Of a DNA stretch of 64,000 nucleotides, positions 39,601-51,491 are shown one piece after another. This DNA is from Ginglymostoma cirratum (Eukaryota): the NCBI GenBank assembly GCA_024137785.1, contig JAHRHZ010000063.1, positions 21,263,281-21,327,280 of the forward strand, written 5' to 3'. Numbering within the stretch: position 1 is the first letter of the stretch; each line of letters starts with the position of its first letter. The notes under the pieces are model-generated. The model did no database searches. It saw only the letters and a program-made list of their open reading frames with translations, and was not told where the DNA came from. The translations under genes and the position numbers were made by a program.

Positions 39601-40339
39601 CCCAATGGCATCAATGTGGATTTCACAAGCTTCAAAATCTCCCCTCCAGGAGCACAAGGAGAACAGCTTTCAGAAATTAACTGAGTTACCATTAATGGAA
39701 TCCAATAGAATACGAGTGCCATAACCTCCAAATGAGGAACAAGAAATCTACTCTGTTTCTCCCAAAGCTTATTCTCCCCTTTAGTGCAGGCAATCTCCAA
39801 TTATTTGACTACAGAAGCCATTGACACAGAATTGTGACTTCAGGGTCTCACCACTTCTCTTTGGAAGGAAACTTTACAAGCCAGTCATAGGAATGCGATG
39901 ATAAAGGCTTGATCTTACTTTTAACTTTATAAGTATATCTTATCCATAGCCACTTTCAATTTTTGCATCTACAGTTTAGCTAATAACTTTATCACTCTGA
40001 ATAGCTTACATCAGTAATTTTGCAATAAACTAAACTTAAACATATTTAAGTCTAAAGTTCTGCTGGTGTTTATTTTTAAATTGGATTACTTGAAAGACTG
40101 AAAAAAGGGGGTTAAATGAGCCAATCAAATTTACAGCCTATGTACCACATTGTAGACATGCCTGCCATTGTTGTGACATAGCTCTTTGTTGCAATACATT
40201 TACTTGGTTCTAAAATATTTGTGGTATTTATTCAATGACCTCATGGTACCCAATTTTGAAAATTGTCCAAATACCAGTGTTAACGCAAGTGAATAACTTC
40301 CACCTACTAAAATTACTCAAACAATTGAAGAAACGGGCA

Positions 40340-40720
40340 GGTTAGAAAGGAACAGCTGCATTCATATGACACCTTCCACAATCAAAGGACATCCAAAGAA
40401 GTGTGGTCACTGTTGTTTTCTAGGCAACGTGGCAGCTAATTTTACACACCAAGGTTTTACAAACAGCAACAAGCTAAATGACCAGATAGTCTGTTACTAT
40501 TGCTCATGTAGGGATAGTTATTACCCAAGGCAAAGAGCAAACCTCTGTTGTTCTTCTTTGAAATAGTACCATTGGTCATCTTGCATTAACTCGAAATGGT
40601 TTCAGCACTTTTGAGTGGACATCCATTCATTCAGTAGTGCACTGAAATATGTGACGTGGACTGAACTTTGAACCAACATTCCCCTGACTCACAGAGAATG
40701 TTAACCACTGAGCCAAGAAC
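40340..40720 (-). mobile_element. Deu-domain SINE, decayed
   Basis: Reverse complement of the 32410/37020 family (cattcagtagtgcactgaa, ctgactcacagagaatgttaaccactgagcca). Confidence 0.65.
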
Positions 40721-41202
40721 ATGTCATGAGGTGTAGGAGGGAAATAAAAATAGATAACACAGCTAAATATGGTACATAAACTGACTGGCCTTTCATTGTT
40801 TCATTAAGACCTCCATGCTTATTGTTCAATACATGATGGCTCATCATCAATTTCATAATCTAGAATTTAACCATTGTGACTTTAAGGCCTGTGAAAAAAT
40901 ATTGTGGCAGTAAGGAATTTGTAAACTGTCATGCAATTTCGTGTTTTGTGCCTATGTTAAGAAATGACAAATGTCAAGGAAGGAACAGAAGACAAGTATA
41001 CTTATATACCATGTTCAGGGTGACATTTTGTAACTGTCTTGTACTTGCCTGATAGCCATTTATTATTACAGAGTGTATAAAGTGCTATTGTACAAGAGCC
41101 ACTTACTTCTGTATCTCTCACTGTGAGCTCATCTCCAGGCAGCTGTGTGAGAAAAAGGGCGATGGTGTTCAGTTCTATAACATCAACATAAACCCACTTA
41201 AA

Positions 41203-41405
41203 TAACAAGGTGTGGAGCTGGATGAACACAGCAGGCCAAGCAGCATCATAGGAGCAGGAAAGCTTGACATTTCGGGCCTAGATCCTTCTCTAGGCCCGAA
41301 ACGTCAAGCTTTCCTGCTCCTATGATGCTGCTTGGCCTGCTGTGTTCATCCAGCTCCACACCTTGTTATCTCGGATTCTCCAGCATCTGCAGTACCTATT
41401 ATCTC
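41203..41405. mobile_element. Self-inverted Penelope-terminus insertion with ~14-bp TSD
   Basis: 81-bp arms 41202-41282 and 41289-41369 (one mismatch) with a 6-nt loop. TAAACCCACTTAAA occurs at 41189-41202 and 41406-41419. Confidence 0.92.
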
Positions 41406-42829
41406 TAAACCCACTTAAAGATGTTTTTGAGTGGGGATGAATCATCTGACGAAACAGGAAAATATATTTAACCACATTATTGCTTGTCAAGCTGTCATTT
41501 CAGACTTTGCAACTCATTGATTGCTTCTTTTTCCCTCAAAGGAAGTCCAATGATCGGGCAATAGAACTACATTGTATTCTGAATTTGGCTCACCATTGGC
41601 CATATTTTGCAAGCATTAATCTAGAGCAAAAAGGAGTTCTATATTCCTGAGATTCATTAATGTTTGGAAAATAATATTACCTCCAATTTTGAAATCATAT
41701 AGTCTCTAATAGGCATGCTTTACTTTGTAATAATAATTGGAATATCCAAAAGATTTCTGGAGTAATAGAGAATATGATCAATAGATTTTGTCACTGTTCC
41801 CTTGTGTGTTTGCTTCCTTTAACCCAGGCTACGAAGGATTATAGTCAGCAATTCTGATCAATTCATAGAATCAAAGGTCGGTTATAGCACAGAAGAAGGC
41901 CATTTGGTCTGTCATGTCTATGCTGGCTTAATGCAAAAGCATTCACTTACTTCCACTCTGCTGCCTTTTGCCACAGTCCTGCAATTTTCTCCTCTACAGT
42001 TAATGATCAATTTTCTTTTAAAAACCAAGAATAAATCTACCTCAAAAATACTTTCAGACAGAAAATTATTATTTGAGCTGTCAACCCTTAACAATTTTAT
42101 ACGCATAGATCCCTGGTCTTTCGGCTTCTACACCCCTTTTAGAATTGTACCTTCTAATTTGTATTGCTTCTCACTACTGTCCTTATCAAATTAATCATTT
42201 TATTCTTCATTATGCTAAATTTCATCTGCCCCTTGTCCTTCCATTCTTTCAACTTAAGTCCCTTGGAAATTTAACACCATCCTCCTAACAATTCATACTA
42301 CTTCCAAGTCTTAAGTTATGACATCCTCATTACTGTTGTTTGCTTAATGCATTAATAAGGGTCATTAAGCCATTACAATTCAGACATAAGTTCATTTCCA
42401 TCAGTGAGAATTATCTGCTGGTTATTTTCAAATCAAGGATTTTAGTATGTATGGTTCCTACTGTTTGAAATGATACAAACATGCAACTAGTCTCCACAAC
42501 TGATGACTTGCTATAAAATATTTTTATTTACATTTTTGTGTGCTTTCTGTGCTGTACCTCCTTCTTCGAACCGTTATGAAATATACCATACATTTTCAGA
42601 CAGACAGGTTTATCACCTTTCCCAAGTTTTCTATTTCAATATAGAGCTTTTTAAATTCTTAAAACATCAACTAACATTTAGCAATGAAATTGACATTGAG
42701 TCAAAATTATATAAAATTCTATTGCATGAATTTACTGATCTAAGCATATTTTCTCCATTCTAGCACCACCAGCTTAGTTAAGTGATGCATTCATTCATTT
42801 ATTGCACAAACCTCCAGAAGAACATGTTA

Positions 42830-43565
42830 CACAGGATTTACAAAACAAACAGACCACTAGGTGCAATGGTTCTATGTAAGTGTTTGCGCTCCACACGAGC
42901 CTCTTCCCAATCTAGCTTCATTGCCTCACTCTATTAACATGTATTTCACTCCTTACTCCCACGTATAAAGAATGGATCTTTCCCCCAAATGCATCTTTGC
43001 TGTTCATTTCAACCATTGCATTTGATAACAAGTTTTATATTCTTACCACTCTCTCAGTTAAAATGTCTCCAATTGAATTCCTATATCTTATGATCTCTGG
43101 TTTTGGTTTCCCAGAAAAATGGAAACATCTCTACCTTTACTTATAGACCCCCTTCATAATTTTAAAGACATCTATTAAATTATTCTCAGTCTTCTCTGCT
43201 CCTGGGAAAAGAGCTCCAACATGTTCCATAATAGGAACAAAGAAAGCTGGGAAATTTCAGTAGGTCAGGCAGCATCTGTTGAGATAAATCATAGAATCAT
43301 AAACAGAGTTTAAAATTTTAATTTGATGACCTTACTTCAGAACTGTTGAACTGATTCCTCTCCAAAGCTGCTCCCTGACTTGCTGAGATTTTGTTTCTAG
43401 CCTTTTTGTCCTCATTTCGGGTTTCCAGCATCTGCAGTATTTTGCTCTTGTCCATCCTATTTAAGCCTTTCTGAGAGTTCTATCCTTCCAGTTCTGGTAT
43501 AGTCCACGCAAATCTTTTCTGCACTTTCTCTGGTGCTTCCATCTTTTCTTTATAACACGGACTAA
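42830..43565 (-). mobile_element. Decayed CR1 3' fragment with an old self-inverted Penelope remnant inserted at ~43230-43450
   Basis: CR1-like ccccttcataattttaaagacatctattaaat and aatcttttctgcactttctc flank ggtcaggcagcatct...ctgacttgctgag...tttccagcatctgcagtattttgct. Confidence 0.6.
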
Positions 43566-45019
43566 TTTTACTTATCGATGTGCCACTCTTTTGTGCATCA
43601 ATTACATAGTTTTGAACACAAAATGATTTTAAAATAGTCTTTGTAAAATATTTTTCCAGTATAATTTTGGAACATACTTAGTTTATCCTCTTTATTTGGT
43701 GCTCAGAGTTGTGGTTAGACATTGTCTGTACTCCAGTTTTCTGTGTCACATATAGAAACCAGAAGAAAACATAATGTATTTGTACCCAACTGTGCATAAG
43801 GTCACTATTTAGAGCATCTAACATAATACCTTGCAAAACTCTAATTCCAAACATTTCTTCAAATCCAATCACCATTTCAATGTACATTTGTTTTATTTTA
43901 CCTTCAAAAATCTAGTGAAACAGATAGAATATGGTTGAGGAAGGTGAACTGTTGTTGTTCACTCCTTAGATTGCAAAGAAAAAAATCTACTGCTGTATAG
44001 CTGTAACAGGAGATCAACTTAAGTCCAGTACATTCTTGAAATGACCCTGAAGTCAATAGAACATTAGTTTCTTTAGTCTTCAGGTTGTCTAGTGACTCAG
44101 CAATGGCACATTTACAGCTGCCCCAGCAGCAATAATGTGGTGATTGCGCTACTGGCATTAGTAACCTCAAAGGTTGTGAGTTTAAATCCTACCATCTCGA
44201 GTTTCGAAGTTGAATCCAATAAATCTGCGCCACCATCTGTATATTTCGCAGGTGATCTGAAGGCAAGGCATTAACAATGACTTCATTAGCTGGTTTAAAA
44301 AGAGTCGTACAGTTTGGTTTGGTTATCATTACAATCGGTGCGGTGTAATTGAGCATCACATTACCATTAACCACCTTCCTTTCTGACATCTCTCAGGCCA
44401 ATTTCCTAACCCTCTCTGAAGTTGTTCATGCTTTAAGGATTGGGGTATATGCCAGCTCTGTGCGTTATTTTGATATTGATGATAAGAGTGCAATCTGCAT
44501 CATTTCAGGCAGTAGTAAAAGCAGTTCTAGGATCTATAACGGGTGGCGGAATAGAAGAGGGAAACAGTTCTGACTCATGCACCAGTTAAACATTAGAGCT
44601 GAAGATACCGACATATGGAATTTTACTATTCTTGGCTTTAAACACAGGAATTAACCCAGTAACTGACGCTGGACGAGCAGAAATACCAGACATTGTGAGA
44701 ATAGATGCAGGTCCACTCTGAAGAATCCTAATCTGAAGACTTCAATCTCGCAACAATTTTGCTATTGACAGGAGCCCTTACAGGCAGATACGGCGTGGGC
44801 CGGATGAGCGGGAGAGGTAAGTTTTAATAGCCAACTTATCAATTAACTACTTAAAACATGTGAGGTTGTTTTCCTTAAATGTATAACCAGGATGGATGGT
44901 TGATTCTGCGTCACCATCTGAACGCATGTATTGTTTGCGTTTAGTTTGTTTCTTGTCAACTAACAGTTTGCCAAATATGCTAACTCCTTCTCCCTCGCTT
45001 TCTCTCCCTCTCTCCTGGC

Positions 45020-45250
45020 ATAGAAATGACAAGTATGCTGTTTTATCCATACAATTTATTTCATTATTGTTTCCAGCACCGGGAATTATAATCAATCACA
45101 AGGAAGTCAAGTTGGCAGGTGTCAATCTTGGTATATATATTTTTGGGTCTCCGTCTATATTTAATCCAATTACAAGGGTCAAGGAGTAAGTGCAGGTCCC
45201 CTTGTTACAGCTCAGTTGTTATTGGTGATTTATGGAAGAAGTTAAATCTG
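45020..45250 (+). promoter_or_regulatory. Pax6 pancreatic (P) enhancer homolog
   Basis: TCATTATTGTTTCCAGCAC...AATCAATCACAAGGAAGTCAAGTTGGCAGGTGTCAATCTTG resembles the mammalian element as recalled. Pbx site ATCAATCA at 45091-45098, Meis/Prep TGTCA at 45120-45124, Pbx-Hox TGATTTATGG at 45226-45235. Lies immediately 5' of the EE, as in mouse. Confidence 0.75.
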
Positions 45251-45289
45251 ATCATATTGAATTTTGAGGACAATAATTTCTGATCTGAA

Positions 45290-45570
45290 CGTACAGAGAC
45301 CGCCGCGGTGTCATTCATTAAACAGGTGCTCTTTGCTTGTTAATGGAATATTTATGAGTGTTTATGTGTAAATGAATCATCGTGTTATTTCCTAAAGGAG
45401 AGAGAGGCTTTAATGATGGAGACTGTGTCTCGGCTCACTGCGCTTTCGACTACAATTGTAGATCGAACTCAGACCTTGTCACGTCGGGAAACAGTGAATC
45501 TATAACATACAGGACATGCCTGTCGACATACAACAAATTGCATTCAGTCAGCCCCGGGGAATTCGGCTAA
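45290..45570 (+). promoter_or_regulatory. Pax6 ectodermal (lens/cornea) enhancer EE homolog
   Basis: CTAAAG...TTAATGATG...TACAATTGTAGATCGAA...CCTTGTCA...AGTGAAT...CAGGACATGCCTGTC...AATTGCAT is colinear with the mouse EE core as recalled. Meis/Prep TGTCA at 45477-45481. Confidence 0.85.
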
Positions 45571-48500
45571 TGCTTCAGCCTAAAACCCGGCATGGGGAGA
45601 AAAAAAAACAAATGAGTCTGTAGGCTGGCTTTGAGAGAAAAATAAATGTGCAAGTAACTACTAATACCAGTCTGCCACATGAAACGAAGTTTGTAGACAA
45701 ATTAATAAGGCGTTAGCCCCCAGAAACAACAAAATAGCCACCCAGATAGAATTTGGGAATTTATCATTTGATTTACATGTGTGCGTGTGTGTGAATCTGA
45801 ATGGATGTTTCAACACAAATTAACACGTCATGCACCTAGGCATCGATCAGATTTCGCAGGTTGATGTTTGTTTACAGCATCCTTGTCATTTGGATTGACA
45901 GATGTCAGTCATTTAGCAACAGCTTGTTAGTGCCTGGTTACTAAATGGAACATATATTGCTCATACAGGATGTTCTTAAACACATTGCCACAGTTGTAAC
46001 ATTGTAACATCGGAACCCTCCAGATCTGAACTTAGATTTAACTGAGGTTGGCTAGGTAACTCAAACCAGCCTTACCTTTTGAAAACGCGTGTTCGGGAAG
46101 AAAGGACTTAATTACGGCATTCTGACACCTAATGCAATTTTAAAAGCAAGCCTCTGTACCTGGCTATTGTTGTATATTACTTTAACAGAAGACAGAGTAA
46201 ACAGTAGAATCTTAGTTTCATTCTCAAGCGGTCTGCCTCGAATTGTCAATTTACAACGAATTATTAACATAGTCCTGCGTTTGTTGTAGATAACGCTAGG
46301 AGGTAGGAAATTTGTAAGACAATTGACAGCAGCATTTTGTAACTGGACAAGCGATTTAACATTCTCTGTGATCTTTTCCTGCAATATGTATCACGTTAAT
46401 TGATATGCATTTTATGAAATCACAAGCATGTTACTCATATAAAACGATCTATTGTAGCCTAGTTCCCCGATTTCTGCTGATGCTCCAAAGGTTACCGCAA
46501 GAAACAGCCTTTTTTTGTTATTTGAATATTTAAGGAACAAAAACTGTTTGTAAACGGCGGGTTTGAGTTAGAGTCGAGTTCGTCAGTGACAATAGGATTA
46601 ACTTTGGAAGCTGATCGTCCTGTAAAACATCACCAATGTCGAAATTAACCTAATACCACAAATCGGACTGAGGGGAGACTTGGATCATTTCGGGACTGTT
46701 TCATTCGATTCTCCATATTTTATTTTCGTTATTTTTTCCTGCTGCAGTGAAGGAGAGGAACGACGCAGGAGTTGTCCTGTTGCTTTTTACAGGTTCAATA
46801 TTGAAACCTTGCATTCCACCCCCCCACCCCCACCCCCGTTTAAAATATCTACCGTGGACTTCCTCTACCGACAGTGTAAAGAAAGCAGATGGACTCCCGA
46901 AACTTAAACAAACACTAATTGTTTGCATCCCGCTTTTGATGAAGGTGCAGATCAAAATGAGTCAGACCTTTTTTTTGAGATCGCTACATTTTCCGTTACT
47001 GTTTGGTTAAACGGACTCCTGGGGGATTCTAAATCCACCGAGCGATCGTAATCTGGTGGTACACTTATTACGGTTGCTCAGCATTTACCTTCGAGTTGGA
47101 TCACTGATTAAATACAGTGTGTGTCCGTGTCAGGGAGAATACTTTTCAATAAACTGGAGAGGGTGTCAGGAAGACCCCAGTCAGTCGAGTCAAATTGAGG
47201 GATCAGGAAGCCATGTTGGCAACTGCGGTCTTAGGATAGGGAGGTGGGAGAGGACATACGGATTACTAGACTGATAAGAGTTAATCGTTGTTTGCAGACT
47301 ATAAAACGCTTGTTTTATTTAGTTACGCATTTTGACGTTGCCTGCTGCAGTATGTAAAGGCGCAGTAGCACTCAATCTTAAAATGGATTTTTAGTCTATT
47401 TAGCTCACCTGTCGACCATTCGGGTCAAAATTTCGTTGCTACCCAGGTGGCTTTGCAAACACCCTTGTAGCAAAATTCCACTTTTCCTAGTCATTCCTGC
47501 CAAATTGAATAAAACAGTTCTTTTTCTTAAAAAAAAGGAAACTTTCTGCCGTTGCGTCCAACCCACTCGCATTGTCCAGGCATTCATTTTCTCAAATAAT
47601 TTTAGTACGCGCCAGCCAGGTTCATGTCATTATTTAAACTGCATGAATAGGCAGGTAATTAATTAAATTTCTGACAGGAGTCCTGCACCTCATGTTAAGA
47701 ATGCCATCATTAAAGAGACTGCAGCTCTCAGATTTGCGAGCCTACATGTGTAAACCGCGTAGATGGTCACACTCAGAAATGGAACTCTCATTTTCTTGAA
47801 GTCACCTATCGAGTCAGCACATTAATGCATTTGTAGAGATGTTTTGCCATGCTCGTTGCTTTCAAAAGGAAGTGGAAGATTAGAACCTTTGAAGGCATTT
47901 GGGAAGATGCGATTTCCTTTTATCAATTCCAATTGAAGGTGAAAGTCGACTGAAAAATATATAAGCTCCCTCAAAATACACTTTAAAAGAGCAATGTCGA
48001 GGCATCATGCAAACTGCAAATCGAGCAAACAGCTTGTTTGCCTTTCAGTAAAGTGGCATCATACAAAGAAATTTAAAATACGTAGAAAACATCTTAAACC
48101 CGCAGTATTGAACATGTTCTGTTAGCCAAGGAGGTATCTTCACCTATTTCTGACTTTTCAAAAAATCCGCAGTGTAAACACAACGAACATCTTTGAACAA
48201 ATGATTTGAATGCTAATTTCCATAGAATCAATGACATTTAATTGTGTCCAAATACTCTACACTTGTAATACAGTCTTGATGCTGCCATGTAAATTTCTAC
48301 CAACTGAAGGCAATCAATTTCCACCCGACATAACACACTGTTCATTGCACCCACAGGGACTGTGAAACGTACAAAAGGGTACTGATTTGACATCTTTCAT
48401 TCACACCGTAAAGCGAAGGACAAGAATTGCATCTTTTATGGGCAAAATGCACCGAAATATAATTGTCCAATTTAAAAGGTAGACAAAAAGCTTATCTATG

Positions 48501-48899
48501 TGTTTTGTTTACTTTATAACTCGACGCACAGTAACAAGCTTATTAAAACAATCACAGCGGCGACAAAAATGTGAGTTTTCTTTTAGATATGAATAACTTT
48601 AATATTTAAGTAACAACAGAATCGACACTAAAACAGTCACAATTTTATTCCCATTTCACTTTGGACACAACTCGCAACAGCACCTTAGGACAGCCAGGCA
48701 TTGGACAGACAGAACTGTATTAAGTCAGTGATGTCATCTGAATAAAAATTGACCCATGTTCTACCTATCACTTTCTTTCCGACTGCAATCACAGTGCAGA
48801 ACTTTTAACACAGAGAATGGAATAGATGTAACAGCCCCATGTCTGGAACACCACATTAACAATCAGTTAACATCCGCTCGCTCTGACACCTATCCACAA

Positions 48900-49210
48900 T
48901 TAAAACAAAAAATAAACTCATCAAATGCTCGTGATGGAGGCCATTTGAACAATCTTGCGCTCTGGCGACGGGTCTAGCGGCACAGATTGATTCACGGATG
49001 AGCTCCTTTTGGAGAGTTGTGCAGTTTGAAGAGAGCAAGGTAACACCTGGCTCTGTTTTAGCGGCGCTTGCCTTTGCCGAGAGACAGATAAGGGGCAGCG
49101 CGACCTTTCCAGCGCTTCCTTGGAGAACCCTGGTCGGTTGCACGGTTTCAGAGCTCCCACCCCCTAATAGCAACGGGTTGCATCATTAGCAAAACACTTT
49201 TCCCTCATAG
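48900..49210. promoter_or_regulatory. Candidate conserved element ~2.1-2.4 kb upstream of P0
   Basis: CpG-rich unique block with GATTGATTCACG (Pbx/Pax-like), GATAAG and GTTGC/GCAAC half-sites. The position is comparable to a reported second P0-proximal pancreatic element. Confidence 0.35.
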
Positions 49211-51129
49211 TTCCCCTTTTAAAAAAAATCTGTTGAAATAGTCACTTCCTGCTATACTTGCCAACATATTGTTCCACCAGATCCACAGTGGGAACAAACA
49301 CTACTTGCTTCTGTTTCCTTTCAAACACACACATTTATTTTAAACGCCTTTTGCTTCATTTAGGCCGATTTAGAAAAGTGACAGAGTATCCTACCTTTAA
49401 TAAAAACGAGGACAAGCCTGAGCAAGGACTTCTTAGAGGTGAATTTGGAACAATGAACATTCTCTCGTCACCGTAGCATTGCAACTGGTTGCATAAATCT
49501 CCAATAAGAAATCTTTTTTTCCCTAAATCAGGAACGCAGTGTGTTTTCGCCGTAAATTGCCCAAATGGGTCAGATTTGTCCTTCAGTCCCTCAATGCAAC
49601 TTTCATAGTGAAAGTCAGGCTCGTTCGGAGCACAACGTAGTTGCGGAATCAAGACAGTGAAACACGCATGAAGATCATTTTGCTGGAATGGTTCATGAGA
49701 AACCGCAAACCGTTGCTGAGAATGGAGGGTGTGAGGAAAGATCCTAATAAATTATTTACTCAACAAAATGTGTATAAATAATGGTCTTTGTGAAAACCAG
49801 CAAGACTGCAGGAAGTATGAGAGCGTGGTAAATTAAATGTCCAAACAGGCTGATAAATATTGTAAAGATAAATGTGCAAATGCACGCATTAAAGCTGATT
49901 AGAATTAACCAGCAAGAGATCAAAATACATATATGAACATGTATGTGCAGACACAATGAGGCCAATATATGCACGTGTCCTATGATTTTACATCTTTAAA
50001 CCAAATAATCCCGGATGTTCCTTTAACGATGAATAAGGTTCAAATGCATAAGTTAATTGTAATGAAGATATGCAAAGGTTTGCGCAGCTCGCTTTCAAAT
50101 CTTCCTGTATTTTGTGATATTCTGAAGAATAAAGAGAAAAAATGATTTTATTACAGCGCGTTACAGTAGACTGGAAATGTAAACCTTGATTTTATTCCTC
50201 TTGACAAGTATTTAAGACATTTTCATAGACTGTGTGTGCAATGGGTGTACTTTTCAAAGATAGGGGGTCAGGTAATACAGTTGGAGGGGTTACACTTTCG
50301 ATCTGTTTTCGCTGCGCTAAGGCTAGTTACCGTTTTAATGAAGGTATCCAGCCAGAAGCAGAAAGTTGATTTTTCTACCTGACTGAACCCATTCAACAAA
50401 CAGAACGGAGAACCAATGGATCAATGTTTACTTTATTGGTGACTACGGACTAAATCACGGAGACACGGCCGTAGACCTGAGGTGAATGATAAATTATATC
50501 AAGCAATTATTAGTTCTGGTGAATGTTTTCCCACTTAATGTCAGACTGTGGGACTTAATTGTGTGAATAATTGTTATATGAGGTCTGGTGTCTAATACTT
50601 CACACCAGATAAACATCACTTTCTTTACCCTGAAATACATGTGTACCACAAAGCACCCTTAGAAATATCAAAATAGGAAACATGCTGAGCAAAAATAATT
50701 CGCTGACAGGGAGTTCCAGTGCTAGTTTAAAATGTACTATTCTTACTGAATAAATGCAGTTTTGGAGTACACATAGAATCTGTCATTAAAATATCGCCAC
50801 AGTGCAAGTTTGCAGAATTCGCCGCTCCCATTCGTATGATATATCAGATATAGACTTTGGGACATATTTGCATATTCATATATTTATATAATGATGACTG
50901 AATCCATTATGCTGCCATCAACACTAATCTGAGTCAGAACTATGAAAACTTTATGGACTCATTACTTGCAATGTTGCTTTAGGATAAATGGCCTTATAAG
51001 GGAAACAACGCGAGGCCATTCTTTTCTTAAAGGGACATCGTAACGTTGGCGTAAGAAAATAATTCTTCAGCATTCACTGAGTGCTTCCGCACTTTCTGTA
51101 TGTCACAACACGGCGTTTCTTTAACGGAA

Positions 51130-51340
51130 GGAGATTGGGTTGGTGGGGTTGGGGTGGGGTTGGAGGTGGCGGTCACATCTAACCAGAAGGAAATCTCCAC
51201 TTGAAGCGAGAGCGGCGCTAGGCCTGGCGTGAAGTGCAGCCCTTGTGTTTGCACAGAGTGTCGTTGCGTCACGCAGGCGGCTGGTCCAATCAGCGTTGGC
51301 CTGACACTGATATTAAGGGGGAAAGTTTGTGTTTGAACGA
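51130..51340 (+). promoter_or_regulatory. pax6: Pax6 P0 promoter
   Basis: CCAAT at 51286-51290 and TATA-like ATATTAA at 51310-51316 followed by GGGGGAAAGTT, as recalled for mammalian P0. CpG-rich. Confidence 0.85.
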
Positions 51341-51491
51341 AAAGCCGTCCCATAGTCCCGGTGACATTTAAACTCTGAGCGAGAGCCCAATGTGAAAAAA
51401 AGAGACCAAAACCTCCCACCGTTCTTATACACCGACCGGACCGGGAAACCAAAGTAAACGTGTTGAATCGCCGATGTACGACTTGATTCAG
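51340..51491 (+). other. pax6: Pax6 exon 0 (5' UTR); both ends approximate
   Basis: TGACATTTAAACTCTG at 51362-51377 matches the human exon 0 start as recalled. Best donor is CAG|gtacta (51491/51492); AAA|gtaaac (51453/51454) is an alternative. Confidence 0.6.

Larger units (their letters stand above)
38537..39647 (-). mobile_element. Penelope-like retroelement 3' part (GIY-YIG endonuclease) with inverted duplication and ~15-bp TSD; centre is an assembly gap
   Basis: Minus-strand peptide CGFLYIGETKRRLGDSFAEHLRSV...VVNHFNSPSH...EQQIIFSLGTLQPNGIN is a Penelope GIY-YIG domain. 39601-39647 is an inverted copy of ~38924-38970. AGGAGCACAAGGAGA occurs at 38522-38536 and 39648-39662. Confidence 0.93.

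Noticed and set aside
38878-39800. Long ORFs of 181-259 aa
   Set aside because: Artifacts of translating through 400 N. Only the GIY-YIG part is meaningful.
14576-41405. Dispersed palindromes as CRISPR repeats, miRNA hairpins or DNA-transposon MITEs
   Set aside because: Vertebrate DNA with no spacer array. The arms are asymmetric copies of the Penelope terminus with long variable TSDs, unlike TIR MITEs.
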